Made by a program: the position numbers and the translations under genes. A stretch of 64,000 nt of DNA from assembly GCA_001793235.1 (NCBI GenBank), contig MGHM01000014.1, forward strand, positions 3,857 to 67,856. The letters run 5' to 3'. The stretch comes from Candidatus Woesebacteria bacterium RIFCSPLOWO2_01_FULL_44_24b. GTDB taxonomy: Bacteria; Patescibacteriota; Microgenomatia; UBA8517. Of the stretch, positions 37,287 to 47,133 are shown one piece after another (the first letter of the stretch is position 1; every line of letters begins with the position of its first letter). Below the pieces are notes generated by a model, which saw only the letters and a program-made list of their open reading frames with translations, was not told where the DNA came from and made no database searches.

Positions 37287-38913
37287 AAAAGCACTTCTCT
37301 TAATAGTCGCTGGAAGCTTGGCTTGGGCTTTGACTATGGTTAAAAGCGGTCTTCGATATGATTACGGCGTTGGTTTTTGGGGACCGAATGGTCATGATGG
37401 AGTATGGCACTTGTCCCTTGCTCGTTCTCTGGCAAGCGGCAGCCTTGAAATGCCGATATTTGCGGGGGAGCAAATAAAAAATTATCACTTAGGGTTTGAC
37501 CTGTTACTTGCTTTAGTTAATAGAATTACCGCACTACCGGTTTCAGTTTTATATTTCCAAATATTCCCACCGATTATGGCAATATTTATTGGTTTCTTAA
37601 CTTATAAGTTTGTTTTGAATTGGAAAAAGTCCCAAGCCGCTGCTTTTTGGAGTACTTTTTTTGTTTATTTTGGAGGAAATTTGGGGTGGATTTTAACACT
37701 ATTGAAAGGTGGGGGACTTGGAGGTGAATCAGTTTTCTGGGCCCAGCCTGCAATTCTGACTTTAATAAATCCGCCATACGCGATGTCTTTGGTATTTATT
37801 CTTTTGGGTTTAAACTTGATGATTAGGTTAAAAATAATTCCTTCGGCAATTGTTTTTGGTCTTCTGATACAAATCAAAGCTTACGCCGGAATTATTTTAC
37901 TTGGGGCACTGTTACCCCTGGCTTTATATGAGTATTGGAAAAAGCACACTTTTAATTATCTAAAACTGTTAGTAATTTCTTGTGTAATATCTTTTGTGAT
38001 TTTCCTACCAAACCTTACTTCAGGATCACTTTTGGAATTTAAACCTTTCTGGTTTTTGGAAACCATGATGAGTTTTCCTGATAGGGTTGGCTGGAGCCAG
38101 TTCGGTGAAGCAATGGTGAATTACCGACTCGGGGGTCAATGGTTGAAAGCATTTGCTGCTTATGGAATTGCACTCTTAATTTTTTGGTATGGCAATTTGG
38201 GGACTAGATTTGTTGACGAATTTTACTGGGTAAAAATTATTAAGAGTAAAAAACTGGAGCTCATAGATGTATTTATTGGCTCGGCGATAGTCATTGGTTT
38301 ACTTGGGGCGATGCTTTTTGTTCAAAAGGGAACAGCGTGGAACACGATACAGTTTTATTATTATTCACTCTTTTTTGTGTCAATTATAGCCGGAGTAGTC
38401 TTTGCCAAGATTAAGACTAATTTATTAGTCGCTGGGGCCTTAATTTTTATGCTTCCGACTACTGTTGGGGCACTTAAGCACTATCTGCCCTCTCGCCCGC
38501 CGGCTATGATATCAAACGACGAGCTTGATGCATTGGAGTTTTTATCGAATCAGCCAAAGGGAGTGGTTTTGGTTATGCCGTTTGACCGCCAAGCGGCGTC
38601 AGACGCTGCCGACAATCCTCCACGGCCACTTTATTTATACGAGTCCACTGCTTATGTTTCAGCCTATTCCAGCCAACCGGTTTGGCTTGAAGATGAGGTT
38701 AATTTGGACATCACAGGCTACGACTGGCAAGCCCGCCGTAAAAAACTTGTGGGGATGTTAAAAAGGAATAATCAAAGTGAAATGAAAGAGTTTTTGCGAG
38801 AAGAGAATATTTCCTACGTATATGTGGTTGAGCCTGGCAATATCGTTTTCGAGGGTCTCACCAAGCAGTATAGCGAGAATGGTGTGAGAATATACAAATT
38901 AGGCTACAATTGA
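37249..38913 (+). CDS. GT-C-like multi-TM protein with a soluble C-terminal domain
   Basis: GPNGHDGVWHLSL, NYHLGFD, INPP; about 12 TMs; C-terminal ISYVYV...VRIYK. Confidence 0.65.
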   Translation: MLENLRKTFSIGRKALLLIVAGSLAWALTMVKSGLRYDYGVGFWGPNGHDGVWHLSLARSLASGSLEMPIFAGEQIKNYHLGFDLLLALVNRITALPVSVLYFQIFPPIMAIFIGFLTYKFVLNWKKSQAAAFWSTFFVYFGGNLGWILTLLKGGGLGGESVFWAQPAILTLINPPYAMSLVFILLGLNLMIRLKIIPSAIVFGLLIQIKAYAGIILLGALLPLALYEYWKKHTFNYLKLLVISCVISFVIFLPNLTSGSLLEFKPFWFLETMMSFPDRVGWSQFGEAMVNYRLGGQWLKAFAAYGIALLIFWYGNLGTRFVDEFYWVKIIKSKKLELIDVFIGSAIVIGLLGAMLFVQKGTAWNTIQFYYYSLFFVSIIAGVVFAKIKTNLLVAGALIFMLPTTVGALKHYLPSRPPAMISNDELDALEFLSNQPKGVVLVMPFDRQAASDAADNPPRPLYLYESTAYVSAYSSQPVWLEDEVNLDITGYDWQARRKKLVGMLKRNNQSEMKEFLREENISYVYVVEPGNIVFEGLTKQYSENGVRIYKLGYN

Positions 38914-38918
38914 TGTGT

Positions 38919-39818
38919 ATGGGCAAGATTTCGGTGGTTATTAATACCCTAAATGAAGAGGAGAACTTGCCACGAGCTTTGAAGTCAGTTAAAGACTGGG
39001 CAGGCGAGATTGTGGTCGTGGATATGCACTCTGACGACAAAACCGTAGAAATAGCCAAAAAGTATGGAGCTAGGGTGTTTACTCATAAAAAAACCGGCTA
39101 TGTTGAGCCCGCAAGGAACTACGCGATAACAAAAGCCACCTGTGAGTGGATATTGGTTTTAGATGCCGACGAGGAAATCCCTGACAGTTTGGCGAGAAAA
39201 CTAACTGAGCTAAAAGATAATGATAGTATCTCATATTATGCAGTCCCGCGGAAGAATATAGTTTTTGACAAATGGCTTACCCACTCTAGATGGTGGCCGG
39301 ATCGAAACATTCGGTTTTTCAAAAAGGGTGCAGTTGAGTGGGCACGCGAAATTCATTCGGTTCCCCTGACTCATGGAAAAGGTGCGGACATTGACGCCAT
39401 TGAGGATTTGGCAATAGTTCATCATCACTACAGTTCAGTATCTCAATATATTAAGCGGCACGACAGATACTCAACGATTATGGCAAAGGAGAAATATAAA
39501 AACGGTGAGAAATTCAATTGGAAACTGCTTATTTCCAAACCGGTAGGCGAGTTTTTGAGCCGGTACTTTGCCGGCGAAGGTTATAAAGATGGCGTGCATG
39601 GTTTGGTGCTCTCAACCCTTCAGGCTTTTGTAGAATTTCTGATCTACGTCAAGCTCTGGGAAATGCACAAGTTTCCTGAAAGGGAAATCTCTTTAGTTGA
39701 AATTATTAATGAGTTAAAAACATCGCAAAAAGAGATTAACTATTGGACAGCGGACACGATGGTTCGTGAAAATGGAGGCTTAGTTAATCAAATCAAAAGG
39801 AAGTTTAAGCTCCCATGA
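38919..39818 (+). CDS. GT2, beta-1,4-glucosyltransferase-like (WaaE/KdtX type)
   Basis: NEEENL, DMHSDD, ARNYAI, LDADE, WPD..RFF, IHS. Confidence 0.85.
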   Translation: MGKISVVINTLNEEENLPRALKSVKDWAGEIVVVDMHSDDKTVEIAKKYGARVFTHKKTGYVEPARNYAITKATCEWILVLDADEEIPDSLARKLTELKDNDSISYYAVPRKNIVFDKWLTHSRWWPDRNIRFFKKGAVEWAREIHSVPLTHGKGADIDAIEDLAIVHHHYSSVSQYIKRHDRYSTIMAKEKYKNGEKFNWKLLISKPVGEFLSRYFAGEGYKDGVHGLVLSTLQAFVEFLIYVKLWEMHKFPEREISLVEIINELKTSQKEINYWTADTMVRENGGLVNQIKRKFKLP

Positions 39819-40726
39819 CAAACCGAAGAGTCTTCGTGATAATTCTTAATTGGAATAGAAAAGAAGATACTGTCGAATGTCTCAAGAGCATTCGAAAATT
39901 ACAAATTACAAATTATAAATTACAAATTTTAGTGGTTGATAATGGCTCTACTGACGGGTCAGTCGATGCTTTTAGAAAAATTAAAGATGTTGTTTTGATA
40001 GAGAACAAAAAAAATTTGGGTTTTGCAGAGGGGAATAATGTTGGTATTAAGCATGCCATAAAAAACGGCGCCGACTATGTTTTGGTATTAAACAACGACA
40101 CGATATTGGATAAAGACATGCTTGTTCAATTGATTAAAGCAGCGGAAAAATACAGAGACGGCGGTGTGTTTTGCCCTAAAATATATTTTGCCAAGGGCTT
40201 TGAGTTCCACAAAGGTAAATATAAAAAAAGCGACCCAGGAAAAGTTATTTGGGCGGCTGGAGGCCAGATTGATTGGGACAATGTGTATGGCACAAACCGA
40301 GGAGTAGATGAAGTGGACCATGGGCAATATGAACGGGTAGAAAAAATAGATTTTGCGTCAGGGGCTTGTGTGCTCTATAGAGTGGATGCTCTAAAAAGAG
40401 CCGGTTTGTTCAACGATAGTTATTTTATGTACATTGAGGACTTGGAACTTTCCACAAGAATGGCTAAAAAAGGCTGGAAAACTTATTACATCCCCAAGGC
40501 AGTTTTATGGCACAAAGTTGCCCAAAGTAGCGCTATAGGAAGCTCGCTAAACGACTATTTCATAACAAGAAACAGAATGCTCTTTGGGATGAAATACGCA
40601 CCCCTGAGGGCCAGGTTTGCACTATTAAGAGAGGCCTTAAAGTTTTTACTTTATGGCCGTAACTGGCAAAGAATTGGAGTAATAGATTATATAACCGGAA
40701 ACCTTTGGAAAGGATCATGGAAGTAA
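39815..40726 (+). CDS. GT2, rhamnosyltransferase-like
   Basis: LNWN, VDNGSTD, NLGFAEGNN, LNNDT, SGAC, FMYIEDLE, WHK. Confidence 0.85.
   Translation: MTNRRVFVIILNWNRKEDTVECLKSIRKLQITNYKLQILVVDNGSTDGSVDAFRKIKDVVLIENKKNLGFAEGNNVGIKHAIKNGADYVLVLNNDTILDKDMLVQLIKAAEKYRDGGVFCPKIYFAKGFEFHKGKYKKSDPGKVIWAAGGQIDWDNVYGTNRGVDEVDHGQYERVEKIDFASGACVLYRVDALKRAGLFNDSYFMYIEDLELSTRMAKKGWKTYYIPKAVLWHKVAQSSAIGSSLNDYFITRNRMLFGMKYAPLRARFALLREALKFLLYGRNWQRIGVIDYITGNLWKGSWK
39896..39930. repeat. Heptamer tandem repeat (AAATTAC x5) inside a GT2 gene
   Basis: aaattac aaattac aaattat aaattac aaatttt; encodes KLQITNYKLQI. Confidence 0.85.
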
Positions 40727-41478
40727 AAATTAGCGCAATAATTATCGCCAAAGATGAGGAGGCAATGTTGCCTGATTGCCTTAAGTCCTTGGATTGGGTA
40801 GACGAAATATTGGTTGTAGACACCGGCTCTTTTGATAAAACAGTTGAGATTGCTAAAAGACATAAAGCCAGAGTAGTGGAATATAGAAATGGAAAGAATT
40901 ATTCGGATTGGAGAAACAAGGGTTTGGAAGAAGCGAAAGGCGAGTGGATTTTTTACGTTGATGCCGACGAGCGCATACCAATAAACCTTGAAAAAGAAAT
41001 TTCAACGATACTAAAAAACAAAAACAGTTTGAATGCATATGCTGTTGCGAGACGCAATTTTGTTTTAGGGAAGGAATTAAAGCATGGCAGTCTTTATCCT
41101 GATTATCAAAAGCGGCTCTTTAAAAAGTCTGCTCTTAAAAATTGGAAAGGCGAGGTTCATGAAGAGCCTGAGTTTATCGGTGAGCTTGGCCATCTAGAAA
41201 ATCCAATGATTCATTATAAACATGAAACATTTTCCGAAATGGTGAAAAAAACAAATAAGTGGAGTGAGATAGAAGCCAAGCTTATGTTTGATGCCAATCA
41301 CCCACCAATGAATATTGCTCGGTTTTTATCTGCAATGGGCCGTGAGTTTTGGCAGAGGATGGTAGTTCACAAAGCATTTTTGGACGGAAAAATCGGGCTT
41401 ATTTATGGGCTTTACCAAGTATTTAGCAGATTTGTGAGTTACGCAAAGCTCTGGGAAATGCAACTGACGAAAAAATGA
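40717..41478 (+). CDS. GT2, WaaE/KdtX type
   Basis: AKDEE, DTGSFD, RNKG, VDADE, YPDYQKRLF, VHE, FLDG. Confidence 0.85.
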   Translation: MEVKISAIIIAKDEEAMLPDCLKSLDWVDEILVVDTGSFDKTVEIAKRHKARVVEYRNGKNYSDWRNKGLEEAKGEWIFYVDADERIPINLEKEISTILKNKNSLNAYAVARRNFVLGKELKHGSLYPDYQKRLFKKSALKNWKGEVHEEPEFIGELGHLENPMIHYKHETFSEMVKKTNKWSEIEAKLMFDANHPPMNIARFLSAMGREFWQRMVVHKAFLDGKIGLIYGLYQVFSRFVSYAKLWEMQLTKK

Positions 41479-42497
41479 AAGCAGCAATTTATAATCCTTA
41501 TCTGGATACACTCGGCGGCGGAGAAAGGTATACCGTTGGAGTTATTCAATCTTTTATAGCCAAAGGTTACAAGGTGTATGTTGAATGGCAGGATAAAGCG
41601 ATTATTGAAAAGTTGGAAAAACGCTTTGGTGTTTCTCTAAATGGCACCAGTGTAGTCGACAACATCGAAAGAGGGGATGGCTATGACGCTTGTTTTTGGA
41701 TTTCGGACGGGAGCATCCCCACCCTTCGTGCAAGAAAAAACATTCTGCATTTTCAAGTGCCGTTTACAAACACTAACGGCAAAACACTTATGAATAAGAT
41801 GAAATTGTTTCGTATCAAGCATGTTGTCGTAAACTCTGAATTTACAAAACGATTCATTGATAGGGAGTATGGTGTTAGCAGCAAAGTGATTTATCCGCCG
41901 GTCTCGGTGCGCGAGTTTAAACCAAGACGAAAACAAAACGTAATTTGCTACGTCGGCCGTTTCTCAAACTTAACCCAGCAAAAAAGGCAAGATGTTTTAG
42001 TGAGTGTCTTCAAAAAATTTTACAAGCTTAATAAGGATTGGAAATTAGTACTTGCCGGTGGAGTGGAAGTGGGCAACGGTAACTATACTGGAAGTCTCCG
42101 TGAGCTAGCTAAAGGGTACCCGATAGAGATTTTAGAGAGCCCTAGTTTTCGCGAGATCAAAGAATTATTGGGAGTTTCGAAGATGTTTTGGTCGGCAGCC
42201 GGCTATGGTGTTGATGAGCTTAAGGAGCCCGAAAAGGTGGAGCACTTTGGCATCACAGTAGTTGAAGCAATGGCCGCGAAGGCAGTGCCTTTAGTTTTGG
42301 CGAGAGGCGGGCCAAAAGAAATCATCCAGAACGGTAAAAACGGTTTCTTGTGGAGTAAAAAAGACGAGCTTTTGGAATATGCAAACAAACTTGTTGGAGA
42401 CTACGAGCTAGTTCGTGTTTTGGGTAGGGCTGCAAATGAAGCAAGTGTCAAGTACTCTCAGGACAATTTTATAGCAAATTTTTCAAAATTAATATGA
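41475..42497 (+). CDS. GT4 glycosyltransferase
   Basis: LGGGERY, NSEFT, YPPV, VGRF..KRQD, EHFGITVVEAM, GGPKEII. Confidence 0.9.
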   Translation: MKAAIYNPYLDTLGGGERYTVGVIQSFIAKGYKVYVEWQDKAIIEKLEKRFGVSLNGTSVVDNIERGDGYDACFWISDGSIPTLRARKNILHFQVPFTNTNGKTLMNKMKLFRIKHVVVNSEFTKRFIDREYGVSSKVIYPPVSVREFKPRRKQNVICYVGRFSNLTQQKRQDVLVSVFKKFYKLNKDWKLVLAGGVEVGNGNYTGSLRELAKGYPIEILESPSFREIKELLGVSKMFWSAAGYGVDELKEPEKVEHFGITVVEAMAAKAVPLVLARGGPKEIIQNGKNGFLWSKKDELLEYANKLVGDYELVRVLGRAANEASVKYSQDNFIANFSKLI

Positions 42498-44017
42498 AAC
42501 GGGAATATATGATTTTACTTTTTATTATGATTGTGGCTTTTGTTTTACGTAGTTTGTATATACGCGAAGGCGCCATAACTTTTACATATGACCAAGCCAG
42601 AGACGCATTTGTGGCAAGAGAGATAATAAATGGGGACTTAAAAATTCTCGGCCCTTCTGCCAACTCTTCCGGGCTTTACCATGGGGTAGCATATTTTTAT
42701 TTTGTCGCATTGGCTTACTTTTTGGGTGGTGGGAGCCCAATAAACGCGAGTTACTTATTGGTAATCTTCAGCTTACTGAGTATTCTTGTTGTTTTTTATT
42801 TTGCGAAAAACATTACAGGAAAAGTGGGTGTCGCTCTTCTGGCATCATTATTTTCTGCCGTATCATTCGAGTTTTCACAATATTCAACTTGGCTTTCTAA
42901 TCCATCGTTGGCAATCGTCACGGTCCCCGCACTTTACTTATCTGTTTGGATGTGGACCCGGAAGCAAGAAAACAAATGGAAATTTTGGGAAGTAGTTGCC
43001 GGCCTTACACTAGGGCTTTCAGTTCAAGCGGACGTTTTTCTCTTGTATCATATTGTGCCTGTGGTTGTTTGGCTTTGGCTAAATAAAAATAAGATTAAAA
43101 TCGTGCAAATCGGAAGGTTTATTGCTTCATCACTCATTGCTTTATCTACTATGATTTTGGTTGAGTTGAAATTTGGATTTCAAGGGGTGAAAGGGGCACT
43201 CGCCCTTGCAGGCGGAGGGGAAACAATGGCACAAGGAAAGAGATTTGGTGACTATGTTCTCTTATATCTTAACCAGTTAGGTGATATTTTCGCAAATAAT
43301 ATTTTTCCAATTAATATTTCTTATGGATCGTTAGTAGTATTTGCAATGGTTGTCTGGCTGGTGATTAGTTGGCTAAAGGCGAAAACCAAGGTTGACTTGA
43401 GATTGTTTTTGCTTTTATTTATCTTTTCGCACTCACTAGCTCTCCCGTTTGGAGGGGACAGTACACCATATTTAGGAGTGGGAATCGGGGCATCTGTGGC
43501 AGTACTTTCGGCTGTTGCTATGGTTGAATTTTCTAATCGAAATAAAATTCTAAGCTATACAATAATTTCGGTGATAATACTTGCCAATATTTTCGCGATA
43601 GTAACCAAAAACAACAAAGGTCAGGTAATATTTGCCGTGCAGGGGTCAAAACTCTTGCGTGATGAGCTGAAACTCGTGGACTATACGTATTCCGAAATGA
43701 ATAGTGAGCCGTTTGCTATTAATTCTCTTACAACTCCGTTGTATTTTAATACCCTTTGGTCTTATCTTTATAGTTGGTACGGCATGGAAAAATATAGCTA
43801 TGTTCCGACTTGGTACGGCAGAGACCAGACGGGGGCACCCGGTAACTTATTGGCCACAGATAAAATCAACAAAGCCCGTTTTTTCATAAAAGAAACCACG
43901 GAGTTTATTCCGTTTCAGTTTGTTGATGAGGCTCAGAATGAAGAGAGCGGAACATCGGAATTAATAGAGGAGCTTGCGTTTAACGGGATTGTTGTTCAAA
44001 AAAGAATATTAAAATGA
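42494..44017 (+). CDS. GT-C membrane glycosyltransferase (D[EQ]xRD subfamily)
   Basis: FTYDQARD, ILGP, LYHGVAY, WLSNP. Confidence 0.8.
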   Translation: MKREYMILLFIMIVAFVLRSLYIREGAITFTYDQARDAFVAREIINGDLKILGPSANSSGLYHGVAYFYFVALAYFLGGGSPINASYLLVIFSLLSILVVFYFAKNITGKVGVALLASLFSAVSFEFSQYSTWLSNPSLAIVTVPALYLSVWMWTRKQENKWKFWEVVAGLTLGLSVQADVFLLYHIVPVVVWLWLNKNKIKIVQIGRFIASSLIALSTMILVELKFGFQGVKGALALAGGGETMAQGKRFGDYVLLYLNQLGDIFANNIFPINISYGSLVVFAMVVWLVISWLKAKTKVDLRLFLLLFIFSHSLALPFGGDSTPYLGVGIGASVAVLSAVAMVEFSNRNKILSYTIISVIILANIFAIVTKNNKGQVIFAVQGSKLLRDELKLVDYTYSEMNSEPFAINSLTTPLYFNTLWSYLYSWYGMEKYSYVPTWYGRDQTGAPGNLLATDKINKARFFIKETTEFIPFQFVDEAQNEESGTSELIEELAFNGIVVQKRILK

Positions 44018-44916
44018 GCAAAAGCATAACAGTGTCTGTTGTAATTCCCAACTGGAATGGGGCTCAGCTTCTGGCTAAGAATTTGCCCAGTGTTCTTAAA
44101 GCTAAAGAGAACCTTAAGAACAAAATAGTAGAGGTGATAGTTGTCGATGATGGCTCAGCCGATAACTCAATCGAAATTCTCAAGCAAAGCTTTAAAGATG
44201 TGAAGTTGGTTCAACACACGGCAAATCGGGGTTTCTCCGCGGCGGTAAACACCGGTGTTAGGTTTGCAAAGGGTACACACGTTTGCCTTTTAAACACCGA
44301 CGTGATTCCCTCACACTCTTTTCTGGACTCGGCTATAAATTGTTTCCGCGATGAGAAAGTGTTTGGAATCACTCTTCACGAAGAAGGTTACGGTCCTGCT
44401 GTGGGTTATTTTGATGGTTACTTCAAGCATAGTGGAGGTTCAGAGAGCGATGAAATCCAGGAGACTTTTTGGGCCAATGGTGGCTCAAGTATTTTCTCTA
44501 AAGCTATTTGGAAGGAGCTAAAAGGACTCGATGGTGAGCTTTATGACCCGTTTTATTGGGAAGATGTTGATTTGGGTTACCGCGCTCGCAAGAGGGGTTA
44601 CACACTGTTCTGGGTTCCGGAGGCAAAAGTTGTCCACGCTCACGAATCTGTTATTAACCAAAATAACTTCAGGAAAAAATACTTAAACATAATAAAAGAA
44701 AGAAATGAACTTCTTTTTATCTGGAAAAACATAACGAGCAAGAGACTTTTTAAGCTTCATCTTAAGGAGCTCTTCAATAGATTAAAGCGGCACCCGGGCT
44801 ACATCAGAGTTGTTTTCGCAGCAGCTTTGAAATGTGGGCTTGTAAGGAGAAGAAGAAACAGAGAAAAGCTTGAGGCAGTGGTTTCAGATGAGGCGGTTTT
44901 TGCAAAATTTTCGTGA
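44014..44916 (+). CDS. GT2 glycosyltransferase
   Basis: IPNWNG, DDGSAD, NRGFSAAVN, LNTD, FYWEDVDL, HAH. Confidence 0.87.
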   Translation: MSKSITVSVVIPNWNGAQLLAKNLPSVLKAKENLKNKIVEVIVVDDGSADNSIEILKQSFKDVKLVQHTANRGFSAAVNTGVRFAKGTHVCLLNTDVIPSHSFLDSAINCFRDEKVFGITLHEEGYGPAVGYFDGYFKHSGGSESDEIQETFWANGGSSIFSKAIWKELKGLDGELYDPFYWEDVDLGYRARKRGYTLFWVPEAKVVHAHESVINQNNFRKKYLNIIKERNELLFIWKNITSKRLFKLHLKELFNRLKRHPGYIRVVFAAALKCGLVRRRRNREKLEAVVSDEAVFAKFS

Positions 44917-44920
44917 GGTT

Positions 44921-45724
44921 ATGAAGTTATCGATAATAATCGTCAACTACAATACCAAAGATATAACGCTTGATTGTTTAATATCAATTGATAGATTTCC
45001 AGTTGATGGAAAGTTTGAAGTAATTGTCGTTGACAACGCTTCAACAGATAATTCCATAGATTCATTCGAAAAACTACGAGTTAAGAATTATAAATTGAAA
45101 GTAATCAAAAACGATTACAATTCGGGTTTTTCTAAAGCCAACAATATCGGAATTAAAAGCGCAAGTGGGGAGTATATATTTCTTCTAAATTCGGACACGA
45201 GGGTCCTGAAAAACAGTATTAACGAACTTATGGACTTTGCACAAACGCACAAAAATGTTGGCATAGTTGCGCCAAAACTCTTGAATGGAGATAATACCGC
45301 CCAGCCGTCGGTGTTTAAGTTACCCACACTTGCCCGGACCATTAGGCAATATTGGCTGGGAGAGGCGAAGCTGACGGATAAATATGTTCCGCAAGATTCC
45401 TCTCCCGTGAGTATTGAAGCGGCAGTTGGCGCAGCCCTTCTATTTACGCCGGCTGGTAGAAAAAAGGCCGGGCTATTAGATGAGCGCTATTTTATGTATT
45501 TTGAAGATCTGGACTATTGCAGGAAAGCGAGAGCTAAAGGACTTAAGATTTACTATCTGCCAAGTGCAAAAATAATCCATATTCATGGAGCAAGCGGTGT
45601 GAGTAGTTTGGCTCAGCGAGATAGATTAATTGCCTCGAGTAAAATTTATCATGGTGTTTTGGGTTATTATCTTTTGACCCTGATTATTAAAATCGGCTCA
45701 AAACTTGGCCTCGTCACCAAATGA
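44921..45724 (+). CDS. GT2, rhamnosyltransferase (WbbL-like)
   Basis: IVNYN, VDNASTD, GFSKANN, LNSD, LDERYFMYFEDLD, HIHG. Confidence 0.87.
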   Translation: MKLSIIIVNYNTKDITLDCLISIDRFPVDGKFEVIVVDNASTDNSIDSFEKLRVKNYKLKVIKNDYNSGFSKANNIGIKSASGEYIFLLNSDTRVLKNSINELMDFAQTHKNVGIVAPKLLNGDNTAQPSVFKLPTLARTIRQYWLGEAKLTDKYVPQDSSPVSIEAAVGAALLFTPAGRKKAGLLDERYFMYFEDLDYCRKARAKGLKIYYLPSAKIIHIHGASGVSSLAQRDRLIASSKIYHGVLGYYLLTLIIKIGSKLGLVTK

Positions 45725-47133
45725 AAATCCTTCTGATAATTTTAACAATTACATTATTCGTGAGGGTGTTGTATCTCGGAGATAACTTATTTTTCGGATA
45801 TGAGCAGGGGAGAGACTTTTTAAAGCTCACCGAAATTGCTTCAGGAGACCCGGCTTTAATAGGGCCTAAGACTGATATTGACGGGCTTTTCCATGGTGCT
45901 TTTTCGTACTATAGCCTTTTACCATCCTTTATAATTTTCGGTGGCAACCCATATTTGGTCCTACTTTCTTTGATTCTCATTCATGTTGTCTCGGTGTACT
46001 TTCTTTATAAATTCGCCAAAGAGCTGAAGGGAAAAAAGTTTGCACTTTTGACCACCTTTGTATATGCAATTTCATACTCATCGGTAGTTTATGCTAGGTG
46101 GCTTAGTAACCCAAACTTAGTGCCGGCACTTGCAATATTTTTTCTATACTTTTTGCAAAGGGCAAAAAATAACAAAATGCTATTGGCGTTTGTAGCCCTA
46201 TTTTGGGCACTTATTTTTCACTTGCAAGTTATTGCATCGTTAATTTTACTATTGCCGGGGGCATATTTTGTCGTCACTAATAAATTATTAACCAAGCGCA
46301 ATCTCGTGCCCGTGGCCCTAGTTATTATCGGAGTACTAAACACATACTTGATCTTTAATTTCAAAAACGACAATATTCTATTAAATGGTTTAACCAACTA
46401 CTTGGATGGACCGGCACCAATAGTTCACGATGTCAAATTAGACGAGCTTAACAATGAAATTGTTGATGATTTTTTCCCTCAAAATAGAACCATGGCATTT
46501 GTATTGTTTTGGCTGGTGGTTGGAGTAAACATTATTGCAAGCAGACAGGATTTTGGCTCGCGCTTTATTTTAGTCTTGAGTTTTGCTGCGCCTTTTGTGT
46601 TTATTCTGCTGGGAGTCTCGCCACTTCGGCATCTTTTTATATTAAATCCTTTATTCACTTCACTGCTCATTGCCAATGCAGCATACTTTCTGTTTTCCAA
46701 GAGGCTAGCGGCATTGGCATTAATCACAATATTAATAGCATTTGCTGCTAATTTGACTACTATCTTTGCAAGACTTCCGGAAAGTAACAGGAATTTTATT
46801 TATCATGCCCAAAGTACATATCTTTCTGATATGGAAAATCTCGTTGATTATGCTTATAAAGATGCGGGTGGCGCGCAGTTTAGCTACGACTATTTTTCCG
46901 TGCCGTATTGGCATAACGATGCTTGGGAGTATATGTTTATGTGGTATGGGCAATGGCGATATGGCTTCCTGCCCGCTAAAAATAGGACAAAGGTGTACTA
47001 TGTATTTATTGAACCGGATGAAACCCAGCCGAAATATCAGGAAGATTGGTATGCTAAGTTATCCGCGGGAAGTGTGTTGCTTGACGAATATACTTCTGGC
47101 AAACTTAAAGTAGAAAAGCGAGGAGAAAAGTGA
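45721..47133 (+). CDS. GT-C membrane glycosyltransferase (EQGRD variant)
   Basis: FGYEQGRD, LIGP, FHGAFSYY, ARWLSNPN. Confidence 0.8.
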   Translation: MKILLIILTITLFVRVLYLGDNLFFGYEQGRDFLKLTEIASGDPALIGPKTDIDGLFHGAFSYYSLLPSFIIFGGNPYLVLLSLILIHVVSVYFLYKFAKELKGKKFALLTTFVYAISYSSVVYARWLSNPNLVPALAIFFLYFLQRAKNNKMLLAFVALFWALIFHLQVIASLILLLPGAYFVVTNKLLTKRNLVPVALVIIGVLNTYLIFNFKNDNILLNGLTNYLDGPAPIVHDVKLDELNNEIVDDFFPQNRTMAFVLFWLVVGVNIIASRQDFGSRFILVLSFAAPFVFILLGVSPLRHLFILNPLFTSLLIANAAYFLFSKRLAALALITILIAFAANLTTIFARLPESNRNFIYHAQSTYLSDMENLVDYAYKDAGGAQFSYDYFSVPYWHNDAWEYMFMWYGQWRYGFLPAKNRTKVYYVFIEPDETQPKYQEDWYAKLSAGSVLLDEYTSGKLKVEKRGEK

